This document shows, one piece after another, positions 19,840-30,469 of a DNA stretch of 64,000 nt. The notes under the pieces are model-generated. The model saw only the letters and a list, made by a program, of their open reading frames with translations. It was not told the origin of the DNA and did not search any database. This DNA comes from Candidatus Yonathbacteria bacterium RIFCSPLOWO2_01_FULL_47_33b (GTDB taxonomy: Bacteria; Patescibacteriota; Minisyncoccia; Phycocordibacterales; UBA1550). The stretch is from NCBI GenBank assembly GCA_001823575.1, contig MHUW01000007.1, positions 24,223-88,222 of the forward strand, given 5' to 3'. Every line of letters begins with the position of its first letter. Position 1 is the first letter of the stretch. The position numbers were made by a program, and so were the translations under genes.

Positions 19840-20388
19840 TTATATCCTAAAATATTCTTTGAGTTCACTCACACCCTCAATTTCTTTTGCCTTAATATAA
19901 ATAATGTTATCTCGCACGCCAAAAAATTCTCCAACAAAATCAATCTCATTCTTGCAAAGATAGGGCGACACAAAAACAGATTTCTGGATTGGATAAAGAC
20001 CCAGTTCTTTTATCTTTCGACTCACAGCACTACGAGATCGTCTTTTTGATTCTGGTATATCGAACATCACAATCCGCCACCATCCATCCCACTTCTTTGG
20101 CACATTAAGTTTCAATTCATCAAGGTTATATTCAAGAACTTTTTTCTTTCCTGCCTTAGTAATCTCGATAACCTCATTGCCATTCTTTGTGTATATATTT
20201 ACCAACTTATTTTTCTGGAGGCTTGTTAACGTGCGATTCACTCTGTATTTTTCCTTTACATTTTTGGGGTCAAAAAGCGGTATGATTTTAGTAAGTCCTG
20301 GCATTGCGAGGCATGCAACCAAAAGCCCCGTATTTGCAAGACCTATTAGTATTTCCTTCGCCAACTCACCGTGTTCATAATTTTTCAT
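19840..20388 (-). CDS. PaaX-like putative transcriptional regulator (182 aa)
   Basis: WDGWWRIVMFDIPE...R...LGLYPIQKSVFVSP resembles the PaaX-family core (W.G.W..V...PE..R..L..G....GVWVSP). Identical perfect palindromes flank it. Confidence 0.5.
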   Translation of the reverse strand: MKNYEHGELAKEILIGLANTGLLVACLAMPGLTKIIPLFDPKNVKEKYRVNRTLTSLQKNKLVNIYTKNGNEVIEITKAGKKKVLEYNLDELKLNVPKKWDGWWRIVMFDIPESKRRSRSAVSRKIKELGLYPIQKSVFVSPYLCKNEIDFVGEFFGVRDNIIYIKAKEIEGVSELKEYFRI

Positions 20389-20397
20389 ATATTAAAT

Positions 20398-20439
20398 ATT
20401 ATCACAGAGTTGTATCTATAGATACAACTCTGTGATAAT
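20398..20439. promoter_or_regulatory. perfect palindrome (putative operator), copy 2, sharing a 36-bp core with copy 1
   Basis: ATTATCACAGAGTTGTATCTATAGATACAACTCTGTGATAAT, located 10 bp upstream of the regulator's ATG. Confidence 0.7.
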
Positions 20440-20469
20440 TATCGATACTTAAATATTGATGTATAACCT

Positions 20470-21720
20470 CTACGCGGAAAGATGCCGCACGGGGATTTCT
20501 TTCGGACTCGTATTTTCAGGTGCACGATAGTTATGAATGCGTAATTTCATGTCTTGCAATGCATTCATGTACGCGATAAATGCTTCGTATGGCGTGTTGT
20601 AAGGGTTGAAGTATTTATGCACATCGCCGTCGTTGAACCACTTGGTACACATATAATAAAAGTGGTCCGAGGTCTGCAAACGGCGCCAGTCGTCGATAAG
20701 GCGCACGTCATCGGTTGCAAGAACGTCGTCTTCCATACTGTAGACGCTTTGTATTGCATCGTGCTGCATGGCATTCGAGAGCCATGCGGAGAGATCGCGC
20801 TCGACATCCGCCCATGACATGTAGTTATGCACATCAAGCTCCGCAATCGGCTCATAGCGTTCTATTGCTTCCGACGGAGTAATGAAATCATTGTCAGGGT
20901 GCTTATAAATTTCCTCAGGTAAATGACGAAGGAAATTAAAGATACCCGTGTCCTCCCATTGGTGCTCACCAAATGTCTCATAGTCCATAAAGAGATTGAT
21001 GACCTGGCCGTTGCCGTTAACCTGTGATGCCCATTGCGCAAACTTGGGCGCCGTCAAAGGAAAATCTGCCCAATCTTTTGATGAAAAGCGAAATGCGATG
21101 TCGTCTGAGAGGCGATAATTTTTGAGAAGGAGTTTGATGTTCTCGGTTCCCTGAGGACGATAAAGGAAATTAGGACTTCTCCAGCCGAGCACATGGTCAG
21201 CCCCCTCGGCGATAATCCCCTTGTACCCCATCTTTTCTACTTCATGTGCGAGCGCGTTGTTATAAATGAGCTCGGTGTTGCGGAAAACCGTCGGCGTGAC
21301 GCCAAAAAGTTCTTGTACTTTTGCACGATGCATCGCGACCTGACGTCGAAACTCTTCGGGTGAATACAAAAACGAAAGCGAGTGGTAATACGTCTCTTCA
21401 AGCACTTCCGCACGACCCGTTGCCACCAGTTTCTGAAATGATTCGAGCGTCTCAGGGCTAAACATCTCAAGTTGCTCAAGAAAAACTCCTGAAAAAGAAA
21501 AGCTGATTTTGAATTCAGGATATTTGTTGAGGAGCTCAAGGAGAACTGCATTAGCGGGGAGATAGCACTTCCCTGCTACTTTGTGCAAAATCTTTTTATT
21601 ATTGATCGAGCGGTCAGAGTCGTCGTTAAAGTATTCGCTATCACGACCAACATCAAACACGCGGTAATCTTTTACGCGAAATGGTTGGTGTACTTGAAAA
21701 TAAAAACAGATTGATGCCAT
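20470..21720 (-). CDS. glycoside hydrolase family 57 (alpha-amylase/4-alpha-glucanotransferase/branching-enzyme type)
   Basis: FYFQVHQP and ETFGEH motifs. The track start 21753 is TTG, so the ATG at 21720 is preferred. Confidence 0.85.
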   Translation of the reverse strand: MASICFYFQVHQPFRVKDYRVFDVGRDSEYFNDDSDRSINNKKILHKVAGKCYLPANAVLLELLNKYPEFKISFSFSGVFLEQLEMFSPETLESFQKLVATGRAEVLEETYYHSLSFLYSPEEFRRQVAMHRAKVQELFGVTPTVFRNTELIYNNALAHEVEKMGYKGIIAEGADHVLGWRSPNFLYRPQGTENIKLLLKNYRLSDDIAFRFSSKDWADFPLTAPKFAQWASQVNGNGQVINLFMDYETFGEHQWEDTGIFNFLRHLPEEIYKHPDNDFITPSEAIERYEPIAELDVHNYMSWADVERDLSAWLSNAMQHDAIQSVYSMEDDVLATDDVRLIDDWRRLQTSDHFYYMCTKWFNDGDVHKYFNPYNTPYEAFIAYMNALQDMKLRIHNYRAPENTSPKEIPVRHLSA

Positions 21721-21776
21721 ATGGGTAGTTAATAGCTGGTAGTCATTAGCCAATAGGAAATACAGAACACATTATA

Positions 21777-23009
21777 TCAGATTACGCGCACTTCAGGTGG
21801 CACTCCGCAATCACAAATGAGTTTTGCGTAATAATCAATACACTTTTTGCTGGATGCGTCCCAGGTAACCTTTTTTACTTCCTCACGACTGTTGCTCCAA
21901 AGTGTTTGCCAGAGAGAGCGATGTGACACCACCCCGAGAATCTTGTTCGCCATATCATCGGTATCCCAAAAGTCCGTTTTAAGTGCGTGCGTCAGAACTT
22001 CGGCGACGCCTGATTGCTTTGAGATAAGCACGGGCGCACCGGCAATGATTGACTCGAGTGGGGTAATACCAAAAGGCTCAGAAACCGACGGCATCACAAA
22101 GAGGTCTGCAGCACGATACACAGCACTGAGGTCGTCGCCACGAAGAAAGCCGACGAACATTACGTTGCTCGATATGCCGAGGTGCGCCGCCTCAAGCATC
22201 ATTTGTCGCTCCATATCTCCGCTCCCCGCGACAAGAAACAGTACGTTAGGATTGTGCTCAAGAACGCGTTTTGCCGCGCGAATAAAATACTCAGGCCCTT
22301 TTTGGATAGTGATGCGACCTGCAAAGAGTACAATTTTTTGCCCATTCTTTTTTAGTTCAGAAAGTCTATCTGGAATATCCGCATAGTCACATTCATCAAT
22401 GCCGTTATGTACTACTTCGATTTTTCCCGGAGAGATACCGTAGTGTTTGATAATTTTTTCTTTCGTAAAATTAGAAACGGCTATGATGCCGTCGGCATAT
22501 TCCATTGCCATTTTTTCGATGTCATAGACATCTTGGTTGACCCCCTGCCCTCCCGTGCGGTCAAACTCTGTCGCGTGCACGTGAAGAACAAGGGGTTTGC
22601 CAGAAACTTTTTTAGCTTCGACTCCCGCAAGAAACGAAAGCCAGTCGTGCGCATGAATAACATCAAAGTGTTCTTTTTTTGCAATCTCGCGTGCACGGAG
22701 AGCATAGCGGCGAACCTCTTGAAGAAGCGTATTGCCATAGATATCAGAGATCATTTTGTCACGCTCACGCACATAACCATCAGAAGTAACGTATGGTTTA
22801 AGGTTTGACTCGATCTCGTGGAACTTCACCTTGCGCGTATCAGCAAAAAGAATGTTCATAAACGACGCAGAGACACCAACCTTTTTAGGAAGCACGAAAA
22901 GGACATCGATTTGTCGGTTGGCGAGCGCGCGCGTCAACCCAAAACACGCCGTGCCAAGGCCGCCGCTGTTGTGAGGGGGAAATTCCCAGCCGAACATAAG
23001 TACGCGCAT
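21777..23009 (-). CDS. GT4/GT5 glycosyltransferase (glycogen/alpha-glucan synthase-like)
   Basis: N-terminal GGLGT and C-terminal E-x7-E (EPFGITPLE). Confidence 0.85.
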   Translation of the reverse strand: MRVLMFGWEFPPHNSGGLGTACFGLTRALANRQIDVLFVLPKKVGVSASFMNILFADTRKVKFHEIESNLKPYVTSDGYVRERDKMISDIYGNTLLQEVRRYALRAREIAKKEHFDVIHAHDWLSFLAGVEAKKVSGKPLVLHVHATEFDRTGGQGVNQDVYDIEKMAMEYADGIIAVSNFTKEKIIKHYGISPGKIEVVHNGIDECDYADIPDRLSELKKNGQKIVLFAGRITIQKGPEYFIRAAKRVLEHNPNVLFLVAGSGDMERQMMLEAAHLGISSNVMFVGFLRGDDLSAVYRAADLFVMPSVSEPFGITPLESIIAGAPVLISKQSGVAEVLTHALKTDFWDTDDMANKILGVVSHRSLWQTLWSNSREEVKKVTWDASSKKCIDYYAKLICDCGVPPEVRVI

Positions 23010-23069
23010 AATTAATGTAAAGTATTCATGCGCATTATATCATGACACTGCAAGAAACATGAAAAGAAT

Positions 23070-23342
23070 ATGGGGATAACTCACGGAATCAAGACGCCCG
23101 CATGGTATACTAGTGACAGGTCGAGGAATAACCTAAATAATTTTAATATTATGCTGAATAATCACGTATACAATCTCCTTCTTCAGGCGACACAGGAACA
23201 CAAGAGCCTCTGGCGTATCAAGGATTCATACAAAAAAGATGCTGACGGCTGTGCTGAATGCACTGCTTTCTGGGAGAAGGTGGAAAAAGACAAGGAAGGC
23301 CATGTCGGCGAACTCGAAGAGATGATCAAAAAGCATCTCTAA
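23070..23342 (+). CDS. hypothetical protein
   Basis: ORF only, with no SD. Followed by a strong terminator. Confidence 0.35.
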   Translation: MGITHGIKTPAWYTSDRSRNNLNNFNIMLNNHVYNLLLQATQEHKSLWRIKDSYKKDADGCAECTAFWEKVEKDKEGHVGELEEMIKKHL

Positions 23343-23356
23343 GAGACTTTAGATAA

Positions 23357-23403
23357 CGTGCTCAACAAAAAACCGCAGCAAAGGCGGTTTTTTGTTGAGC
23401 ACT
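23357..23403. terminator. 19-bp-stem perfect hairpin terminator
   Basis: gtgctcaacaaaaaaccgc-agcaaag-gcggttttttgttgagcac. Confidence 0.7.
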
Positions 23404-23430
23404 TGCATTTGTATATCAAATATGGTATAA
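23403..23430 (+). promoter_or_regulatory. sigma70-like promoter TTGCAT-17-TGgTATAAT (extended -10), near-leaderless
   Basis: Hexamers read directly. The ATG lies 13 nt after the -10. Confidence 0.55.
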
Positions 23431-23442
23431 TTGTATCTATCT

Positions 23443-24162
23443 ATGACTCCTGAGCCAATCGAATTTCCTGCACGCATCAACAAATACCTCGCCTACAAGG
23501 GCTTTTCCACGCGTCGCGGGGCCGACGAGCTCATTGAAAAGGGTCTTATCAAAATAAACGGTAAGGTTGCCAAGCTTGGCGACCAAGTAAACGAAGACGA
23601 TCTCGTTGAGGTCGCAGAAAAAGTCCTCACGCAGAACGCTCTTCGCCATCGCTATATCGCCTACCACAAACCACGAGGGGTATCGACTGACGCACAAGAA
23701 GGCTCCCGCGCTATTATGTCAGAGCTCCCCGCACTCCGTGGTCTCTTCCCTCTTGGTCGTCTCGACAAGGATTCTCATGGACTCATCCTCCTTACGAACG
23801 ATGGTCGTCTCACCGAGCGCCTCCTTCATCCTTCACGTATGCACGAAAAGGAATACCTTGTGCGCACAGACAAGCCAGTGTCTGATACCTTTGTTCGTCA
23901 CATGGAGCGCGGTATTTTAATTGAGGATTACAAAACAAAGCCTGCAAAAGCACGCCGTGCAGGAGAAACTATTTTTTATATCACTCTCGTTGAGGGCAAG
24001 AAGCATCAGATTCGCCGCATGTGTGCCGCTGAGGGATACCGAGTACTCGAGCTCACTCGTGTGCGCATCATGAATGTCAAACTTGGTGACCTTAAGGACG
24101 GAGCCTATCGTGACCTCACTAAAGAAGAACTCTCCATTCTCCTGAAAGACATCGGTCTCTAG
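23443..24162 (+). CDS. rsuA: RsuA/RluB-family pseudouridine synthase (S4 domain + PseudoU_synth_2)
   Basis: S4-like N-terminus, HRLDKDSHGLILLTNDG catalytic motif. Confidence 0.85.
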   Translation: MTPEPIEFPARINKYLAYKGFSTRRGADELIEKGLIKINGKVAKLGDQVNEDDLVEVAEKVLTQNALRHRYIAYHKPRGVSTDAQEGSRAIMSELPALRGLFPLGRLDKDSHGLILLTNDGRLTERLLHPSRMHEKEYLVRTDKPVSDTFVRHMERGILIEDYKTKPAKARRAGETIFYITLVEGKKHQIRRMCAAEGYRVLELTRVRIMNVKLGDLKDGAYRDLTKEELSILLKDIGL

Positions 24163-24506
24163 TAAAAATAATTAGAAAAGACTATCCCGCCGACGATAGT
24201 AGTCCCCAAGGCTACCATGAATACAAATCCGCTCATGAGGTCTTTGATTTTGCCAATTACCGGGTCAGTGTTCGGCTCTACTTTATTGCAAAGGTCCTCA
24301 ATAGCGGTATTAACCATTTCGGACGCAAGAACCGCCGTGACGCACCCAGCGATAATAACCCAATCAAGTTTCCCAAAACCAAGATACGTGCCACTTACCA
24401 CCACAACAAAGGCAACCACAACTTCAATACGAAAGTTGATTTCTTCTCGCCATGCGGTACGAAGTCCGCTCATTGCCCATCCAAAACTTTTCATCGTTCT
24501 GTTCAT
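24159..24506 (-). CDS. dgkA: diacylglycerol/undecaprenol kinase
   Basis: 115 aa, three TM helices, DgkA family motifs (EEINFRIE, ASEMVNTAIE). Confidence 0.85.
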   Translation of the reverse strand: MNRTMKSFGWAMSGLRTAWREEINFRIEVVVAFVVVVSGTYLGFGKLDWVIIAGCVTAVLASEMVNTAIEDLCNKVEPNTDPVIGKIKDLMSGFVFMVALGTTIVGGIVFSNYFY

Positions 24507-24514
24507 TATTTTTA

Positions 24515-27193
24515 TTATACCATTTTAATATTCCTGCGGTAAAAGAATTTGCGTATTTCTTCGACGAAAATAATGGACGAAGCGATGGCAATAATGACAA
24601 ACCACTCCTCGCGCCCTAACGGCACCGTGTGCATAAGCTTTTGTGCAACAGGGTTATACAACACGAGCATCTGGAGCGAAATTACCACCAAGGTTGCGCC
24701 AACCAGAAATTTATTTGAAAAAGGATTCATTTGGAATATCGAGCGGTCTTCAGAACGACAGTTCCATGCATTGAACCACTGAAAGACCGCGAGGAGCGTG
24801 AGCGAAACCGTCCATGCTTTTACGAGGTCAGTTTCAAAATAGCCTTTGAATAAGTACAGTGTACCCACCGCCATAGGTACTGCCATCAAAAACATACGCC
24901 ATGCCATAAGTTTATCCACAAGATATTTTTTTGGTCGCTCAAATTTGCGACGGAGGAGGCCTTGCTCTTTTGGCTCCATAGCAAGCGCGGTATCCAGGAA
25001 TCCATCAGTCACAAAATTGAGCCAGATAATCTGTGCGGGCAAAAGAGGTAGCGGGTATGCAAGGAGGAGTGCGCCGACAATAGTGAGTACTTCACCAACA
25101 CTTGTTGAGAACAAATACAAAATCACTTTTTTGATGGTCTTGTAAATATTCCTCCCTTCCTCAATAGCAGCAACAATGCTCCCAAAATTATCATCAAGAA
25201 GCACAATGTCCGATGCTTCCTTGGCGACCTCGGTCCCTATTTTCCCCATCGACACGCCAAGGTTTGCAGCCGAAAGCGATGGTGCGTCATTAACCCCGTC
25301 GCCTGTCATCGCAATAATCTCACCGCGCGCTTTATAGGCATTAACGATACGTAGTTTATGTTCTGGGCTAACCCGCGCAAAGACTGATACCTGTGCGAGC
25401 TTTTCAGAAAGTTCGGTATCTGAAAATCCATCAATCTCTTCACCCGTTAGCACCCCGTCACCTTCGCAAAAAATACCCGCTTCTTTTGCTATTGCTTGCG
25501 CTGTTATTACATGATCGCCGGTAATCATTACGACGCGCACGCCCGCTTCTTTTGCGGTAGTCATTGCCTCACGTACCTCAGAGCGGAGGGGGTCCTTCAT
25601 GGCAAAAAAGCCAACAAACGTGAGGTCGGGTAATGCATCCGTATGAAGTGTTTCTTGTGTATGAGTAGATACCGCTACGGCCAGAACGCGGAGACCTTCC
25701 CCTGAAAGTGTTGAGAAGAGTTCGTGGAGTTTTTGTTTCTCTTCTCTCGACAAAACCTGTCCGTTTCCATCGCTATATATTTTTTGTGTATAACCAAGGA
25801 TAACCTCGGGTGCGCCGACAACCGTGGAAAATATTTCATTGCCGACACGATGCGAGGTTGCATGATACTTGAGGTGATAGTCAAAAGGTATTTCTGCAAC
25901 CATGGGTTGCTCCTGCTCCAAAACATCTTTATGAAACCCGAGCTTGCGTGCGAGTACCAGCATTGCAGCCTCGGTCGGATCACCGGCAACACGCCAGGTA
26001 CAATCTACTTCAGAAAACAGCACTCGTGCATTTGCACAAAAAGCAGCAACCTTACCCATAAGGAGGAGCTCGGGATGATTTGCAGGGTCAACAACTACGC
26101 CCTCGCGACGTACATTCCCTTCCGAACCATACCCAATACCCTCAATTTCAAACACTGTGCCGTCAACGTACACCTTTTGAATCGTCATTTCATTTTGCGT
26201 GACGGTACCGGTCTTGTCTACTGCTATTACGCTCACCTGTCCGAGCGCCTCCACCGCATGCATTTTTTTCACGAGGGCGTTCCGCTTACTCATACGCCAT
26301 ACTCCTGTTGCGAGCACGAGTGTCATCACGATAGGCAACCCCTCGGGGATAATAGAAACCGAGAGAGATACGACGGTGGCAAACATTTCTTTCAAAGGTT
26401 TGCCCTGCAAAAATCCTAGCAAAAAGAGTAGAGCACTTATGCCCAGAACCACCACAATGATACCACGCGACAGATTCCGAATATTGTCCTTGAGCGGAAT
26501 CTCAGTATCAATAGCGGCAACCTCTCGAGCAATCTGTCCAACAACCGTACTCATCCCCACCGCCACAACAACCGCGCGACCATTGCCGCCAACAATATGC
26601 GTTCCTTTGAACACCATATTTTTCTGATCAAGTGTAGAAAGATTTGTTTGTGCAATAGTATCTGCAATTTTATGTACAGGCTCTGACTCGCCCGTCAACG
26701 CTGCTTCATCGAGATTGAGCGTGTTCGAAATGATGATACGCGCATCAGCGGGAACCTTTTCTCCCTCAAATAACATAATGATGTCCCCCGAAACAATCTC
26801 AGAATCTGGAATAATAAGCTCACGTCCATCACGCACAACGGTAGCCTTGGTCTCTACAAACCGTCGCAACGCGCGAAGCGTATTTTGCGCACGACCCTCT
26901 TGTATCGTTCCAACAATCGCATTAAAAAAGAGCACCGCAAGAATGATTAAGCCATCGACTACTTCACCTATCACAAACACCGTAGCGCTTGCCGCAAGGA
27001 GGATATAAATAAGCGGGCTCTGAAATTGGCGCAAAAAAACAACCACCAAGCTATCAGTTTTGGGTTCTGGTAATTTATTAAGCGTGCCTTCTTGCAGGCG
27101 CCGAAGAACATCTTCTTCACTCAAGCCCTCATCAGAGGTGCGCAAAAGCGCAAGTACTTCAGGGATTGTTTTTGTATACCAATTGTCTTTCAT
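24515..27193 (-). CDS. P2-type cation-transporting P-type ATPase (Ca2+/Mg2+-like)
   Basis: DKTGTVT, PEGLP, MTGDHV and GDGVNDAPSL motifs. Confidence 0.9.
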   Translation of the reverse strand: MKDNWYTKTIPEVLALLRTSDEGLSEEDVLRRLQEGTLNKLPEPKTDSLVVVFLRQFQSPLIYILLAASATVFVIGEVVDGLIILAVLFFNAIVGTIQEGRAQNTLRALRRFVETKATVVRDGRELIIPDSEIVSGDIIMLFEGEKVPADARIIISNTLNLDEAALTGESEPVHKIADTIAQTNLSTLDQKNMVFKGTHIVGGNGRAVVVAVGMSTVVGQIAREVAAIDTEIPLKDNIRNLSRGIIVVVLGISALLFLLGFLQGKPLKEMFATVVSLSVSIIPEGLPIVMTLVLATGVWRMSKRNALVKKMHAVEALGQVSVIAVDKTGTVTQNEMTIQKVYVDGTVFEIEGIGYGSEGNVRREGVVVDPANHPELLLMGKVAAFCANARVLFSEVDCTWRVAGDPTEAAMLVLARKLGFHKDVLEQEQPMVAEIPFDYHLKYHATSHRVGNEIFSTVVGAPEVILGYTQKIYSDGNGQVLSREEKQKLHELFSTLSGEGLRVLAVAVSTHTQETLHTDALPDLTFVGFFAMKDPLRSEVREAMTTAKEAGVRVVMITGDHVITAQAIAKEAGIFCEGDGVLTGEEIDGFSDTELSEKLAQVSVFARVSPEHKLRIVNAYKARGEIIAMTGDGVNDAPSLSAANLGVSMGKIGTEVAKEASDIVLLDDNFGSIVAAIEEGRNIYKTIKKVILYLFSTSVGEVLTIVGALLLAYPLPLLPAQIIWLNFVTDGFLDTALAMEPKEQGLLRRKFERPKKYLVDKLMAWRMFLMAVPMAVGTLYLFKGYFETDLVKAWTVSLTLLAVFQWFNAWNCRSEDRSIFQMNPFSNKFLVGATLVVISLQMLVLYNPVAQKLMHTVPLGREEWFVIIAIASSIIFVEEIRKFFYRRNIKMV

Positions 27194-27195
27194 GT

Positions 27196-27819
27196 TTATG
27201 TTCGTTTAAAATACCAATACACGATGGCACTCAAAATCGCTGCAAAGAAACACCAAGTAGAAGCGAATGCTGCGGTGTAAAAATAGTACGCCGCTGCAAA
27301 GGATAGTAATACTAGGGTACCAAATATATTGAGTATTTTATTACTCGAAAAAAAGAAGCTTACTGAAGTTGCAAGCAAGTAGAGACCCATCGTGAAGGCC
27401 CCATACTGTGCCGGTAAAGGATACACAATGCTTTTATTTACCACATGAGCAGTCATAGGATGACTGAGTATAAAATAGAGGAGATATAAACTCACCCCCA
27501 CCCCAAGCCCCAGGAATACCGAGAGTATTTGCTTGCGATGGGGGTCTTTTTCTATCGAGCGTATTGAAAATGGCACAAATGTTGGCCACAGAACATAGGC
27601 AAAAAACACAAATGCATACGTCGCGACCTGACCAAAAAATGGCGTGCCGTAACCAAACGAAAGCCACACCACACCTTCGACAGCTTGCTGAATACCAAAC
27701 AAAAGAGGAATCGCCGCAAAAGGAACCTCGTTTTTTGTCCTGGCTTTTTTAATTGTTACCGCTCCCGTTGCGGACAACACGGCCCCGGCTGCAAAACTTG
27801 CGGTTGCTGAAAAACACAT
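27196..27819 (-). CDS. polytopic membrane protein, unknown function
   Basis: 6-7 predicted TM helices. Tightly linked to the ATPase. Confidence 0.5.
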   Translation of the reverse strand: MCFSATASFAAGAVLSATGAVTIKKARTKNEVPFAAIPLLFGIQQAVEGVVWLSFGYGTPFFGQVATYAFVFFAYVLWPTFVPFSIRSIEKDPHRKQILSVFLGLGVGVSLYLLYFILSHPMTAHVVNKSIVYPLPAQYGAFTMGLYLLATSVSFFFSSNKILNIFGTLVLLSFAAAYYFYTAAFASTWCFFAAILSAIVYWYFKRT

Positions 27820-27852
27820 ATTGAATATTGTAGCACAATCAATCGCGCTATT

Positions 27853-30030
27853 TTACAAACTAATAATCTGCCTCCTAAGGAGGAGCGCATTAAACGCTAC
27901 AATCACCGTAGATACACTCATGAGCACGGCTGCCACCGCAGGTTCGAGCACGATACCTCGCGAAGCAAGCACTCCCGCAGCAAGCGGTATCGCAAGAATG
28001 TTGTACCCCGTTGCCCAAAAAAGATTTTGCATCATTTTTGAATAGGTAAGTTGTGAAAGTTTAATGATTTTGGGAATATCGCGCGGGTCGTTTTTTACGA
28101 GGATGATACCCGCAGACTCAATGGCAACATTAGTTCCCGCACCAATGGCGATACCAAGGTCTGCTTGGGTGAGCGCGGGCGCGTCGTTTATCCCATCCCC
28201 AACCATGGCGACCTTGTTCCCTTTCCCTTGAAGCAGCTTTACCTTCTCAGCTTTTTCGTGAGGAAGCACGCGAGCAAAATATTCATCAATACCAAGCTCG
28301 CGAGCGACCCACGCCGCGACATCGGGCGCATCTCCCGTAATCATTGCGGTGCGTATACCAAGCGAACGCAACACACGAATGGCCTCGCGGGATTCTTCAC
28401 GAATAGTATCGGCAAGAGCAATAGAGCCCATCAAAACGCCATCTGATGCGACAAATATCACCGTCTTACCCTCGTTTTCAAGCGCCCGTGTTTTCCCGAG
28501 TATTTCGTGAGAGACTACTACCTTTGCATCAGCCATAAGCGATTCATTTCCTACTACAGTCATATGACCCGCAATCATGCCACGAGCACCCTTGCCGGGA
28601 ACGCGTTCGAAATCTTTAATATCAGAAAGTTTTTGCCCACGTTTGTGTGATTCAGCGACGATTGCTTTTCCGAGCGGATGTTCGGAACCATAATTCAGCG
28701 ATGCTGCCCTTGAGAGAACCTCGTTCTCGGTAGACGACGGAAGTGCCATAACCGCGTGAACGCCAAACATTCCCAGCGTCAAGGTCCCGGTTTTATCAAA
28801 GAGCACGGTATCAACAGAGCGTGCCACTTCAAGAGCAATGCGCTGCCGTATGAGAAATCCATTTCGTGCTGCCATGGTGGTTGATATCGATGCGACGAGC
28901 GGCACCGCGAGGCCAAGCGCGTGCGGGCAGGTGATCACGAGCACGGCAACAAGTCGTTCGGTTGCGGTTACTATCCCTGCGCCCACCAAAAGCCATACGG
29001 CAAAGGTTGTTGCCCCTACGACAAGGGCAATCATCGTCAAATACAGTGCCGCGCGGTCTGAAATAGCCTGTAGGCGCGACTTTGACGCCTGTGCTTCGGC
29101 AACCAGACGCATTACCCCCGCAAGAAATGTCGCCTCGCCAATCTTGTCTACCCGCACCGTGAGGCTGCCGTCACCATTTATTGAACCGGCAATTACGGTG
29201 TCCCCTATTTTTTTGTTCACGGGCTTAGATTCTCCGGTAATGATCGATTCATTTATCTCAGATTGTCCCTCAACGACGGTTCCGTCAGCGGGGATATTAC
29301 TCCCCGGACGTACCAACACCATATCTCCTGAAACAAGTTCAGAGAGGGTAATCGTTTGCGTTTTTCCATCGCGCAACACCTCGGCCGTGTCAGGTAAAAG
29401 TTTAGCGAGCTCCTTGAGCGCCCCTTGTGCACTCTGCACTGATTTCATTTCAATCCAGTGCCCGAGGAGCATAATGGTGATAAGCGATGCAAGCTCAAAC
29501 AAGAGATCGTGCCCAACGCCCTGCACGATGGAAAAAACGCTGTAGGAATATGCGGCCGTGATCGCAAGAGCGATGAGCGTCATCATCCCAGGAAGCCTTG
29601 CCCGTATCTCGCGGTATGCGCTCGTGAGAAATATCAACCCCGGATAAAAAAAGACAACGCTCGCCAACATGAGCGTGACATACTGATATCCCCAAAACAT
29701 CGTGACATGGATATCAAACACCTCCATCGCCATATCTGAATAAATAAAAATAGGGATGGTAAGCACCAGGGACACCCAGAACTTCACGAGAAATGATGAG
29801 GTTTTGTGTCCAGCATGTTTATCATCTGCCCCGTGTCCCTGCGCGGGCCCTGTTTTCTTTTTCTTGGGAATCAGACTCATTCCGCACTCGGGACACATGC
29901 CTGGCATCGTACGTACGATGTTGGGGTGCATAGGGCACGTATAGGCAGCATCCTCAGAGCCTACTATTTGCGGCACCAACACATCTCCTGATGGTTCTTT
30001 TTTATTATTGGTGCAACATTCGTGACTCAT
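27853..30030 (-). CDS. copB: P1B-type heavy-metal ATPase with CPH motif (CopB-like, Cu2+ type)
   Basis: N-terminal CPMHP...CPECG metal-binding domain, TM6 CPH, DKTGTLT and [10 protein letters not shown] motifs. Confidence 0.9.
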   Translation of the reverse strand: MSHECCTNNKKEPSGDVLVPQIVGSEDAAYTCPMHPNIVRTMPGMCPECGMSLIPKKKKTGPAQGHGADDKHAGHKTSSFLVKFWVSLVLTIPIFIYSDMAMEVFDIHVTMFWGYQYVTLMLASVVFFYPGLIFLTSAYREIRARLPGMMTLIALAITAAYSYSVFSIVQGVGHDLLFELASLITIMLLGHWIEMKSVQSAQGALKELAKLLPDTAEVLRDGKTQTITLSELVSGDMVLVRPGSNIPADGTVVEGQSEINESIITGESKPVNKKIGDTVIAGSINGDGSLTVRVDKIGEATFLAGVMRLVAEAQASKSRLQAISDRAALYLTMIALVVGATTFAVWLLVGAGIVTATERLVAVLVITCPHALGLAVPLVASISTTMAARNGFLIRQRIALEVARSVDTVLFDKTGTLTLGMFGVHAVMALPSSTENEVLSRAASLNYGSEHPLGKAIVAESHKRGQKLSDIKDFERVPGKGARGMIAGHMTVVGNESLMADAKVVVSHEILGKTRALENEGKTVIFVASDGVLMGSIALADTIREESREAIRVLRSLGIRTAMITGDAPDVAAWVARELGIDEYFARVLPHEKAEKVKLLQGKGNKVAMVGDGINDAPALTQADLGIAIGAGTNVAIESAGIILVKNDPRDIPKIIKLSQLTYSKMMQNLFWATGYNILAIPLAAGVLASRGIVLEPAVAAVLMSVSTVIVAFNALLLRRQIISL

Positions 30031-30039
30031 GATTGTAGA

Positions 30040-30435
30040 TTATGCGGCTGTGTGGCCAAACTCCTCGTCCGCATCGTCGGCATCCGCGTTGGCCTTGGTG
30101 ACATGAATGCGTCCATCAATATGATTTGCGGGAGCATAAACGGTGTACACCTTGAGGGGCTCGCTGCCCGTGTTTATAAAATTATGCTCAGTGCTCGGAG
30201 TAACCACCACCACGTCACCCGCAGAGATATCTGCCTCCACGCCATTCAAAATTGCCTTACCGGTCCCACTCAAAAAGAATAGCGTCTGTTCAACATGCCC
30301 GTGTTTTTCCTGGCCGATTTCGCCCCCAACAGGAATATTCATAACGACAAGCTGGCTTCGGTCGCCGGTAAACACTACTTTACGAAAATTCGTATTCTCT
30401 TCTGTCTCCTTAATAATATTTTTAATGTATGGCAT
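30040..30435 (-). CDS. cupin-domain protein
   Basis: Cupin_2 His cluster HGHVEQTLFFLSG...H. Confidence 0.7.
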   Translation of the reverse strand: MPYIKNIIKETEENTNFRKVVFTGDRSQLVVMNIPVGGEIGQEKHGHVEQTLFFLSGTGKAILNGVEADISAGDVVVVTPSTEHNFINTGSEPLKVYTVYAPANHIDGRIHVTKANADADDADEEFGHTAA

Positions 30436-30469
30436 ATCTTTATAGTATACGAGAACAAACTATTTTTAC

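Noticed and set aside
25724-26627. 231-aa and 142-aa plus-strand ORFs inside the P-type ATPase gene
   Set aside because: Antisense to a conserved ATPase. No supporting signals.
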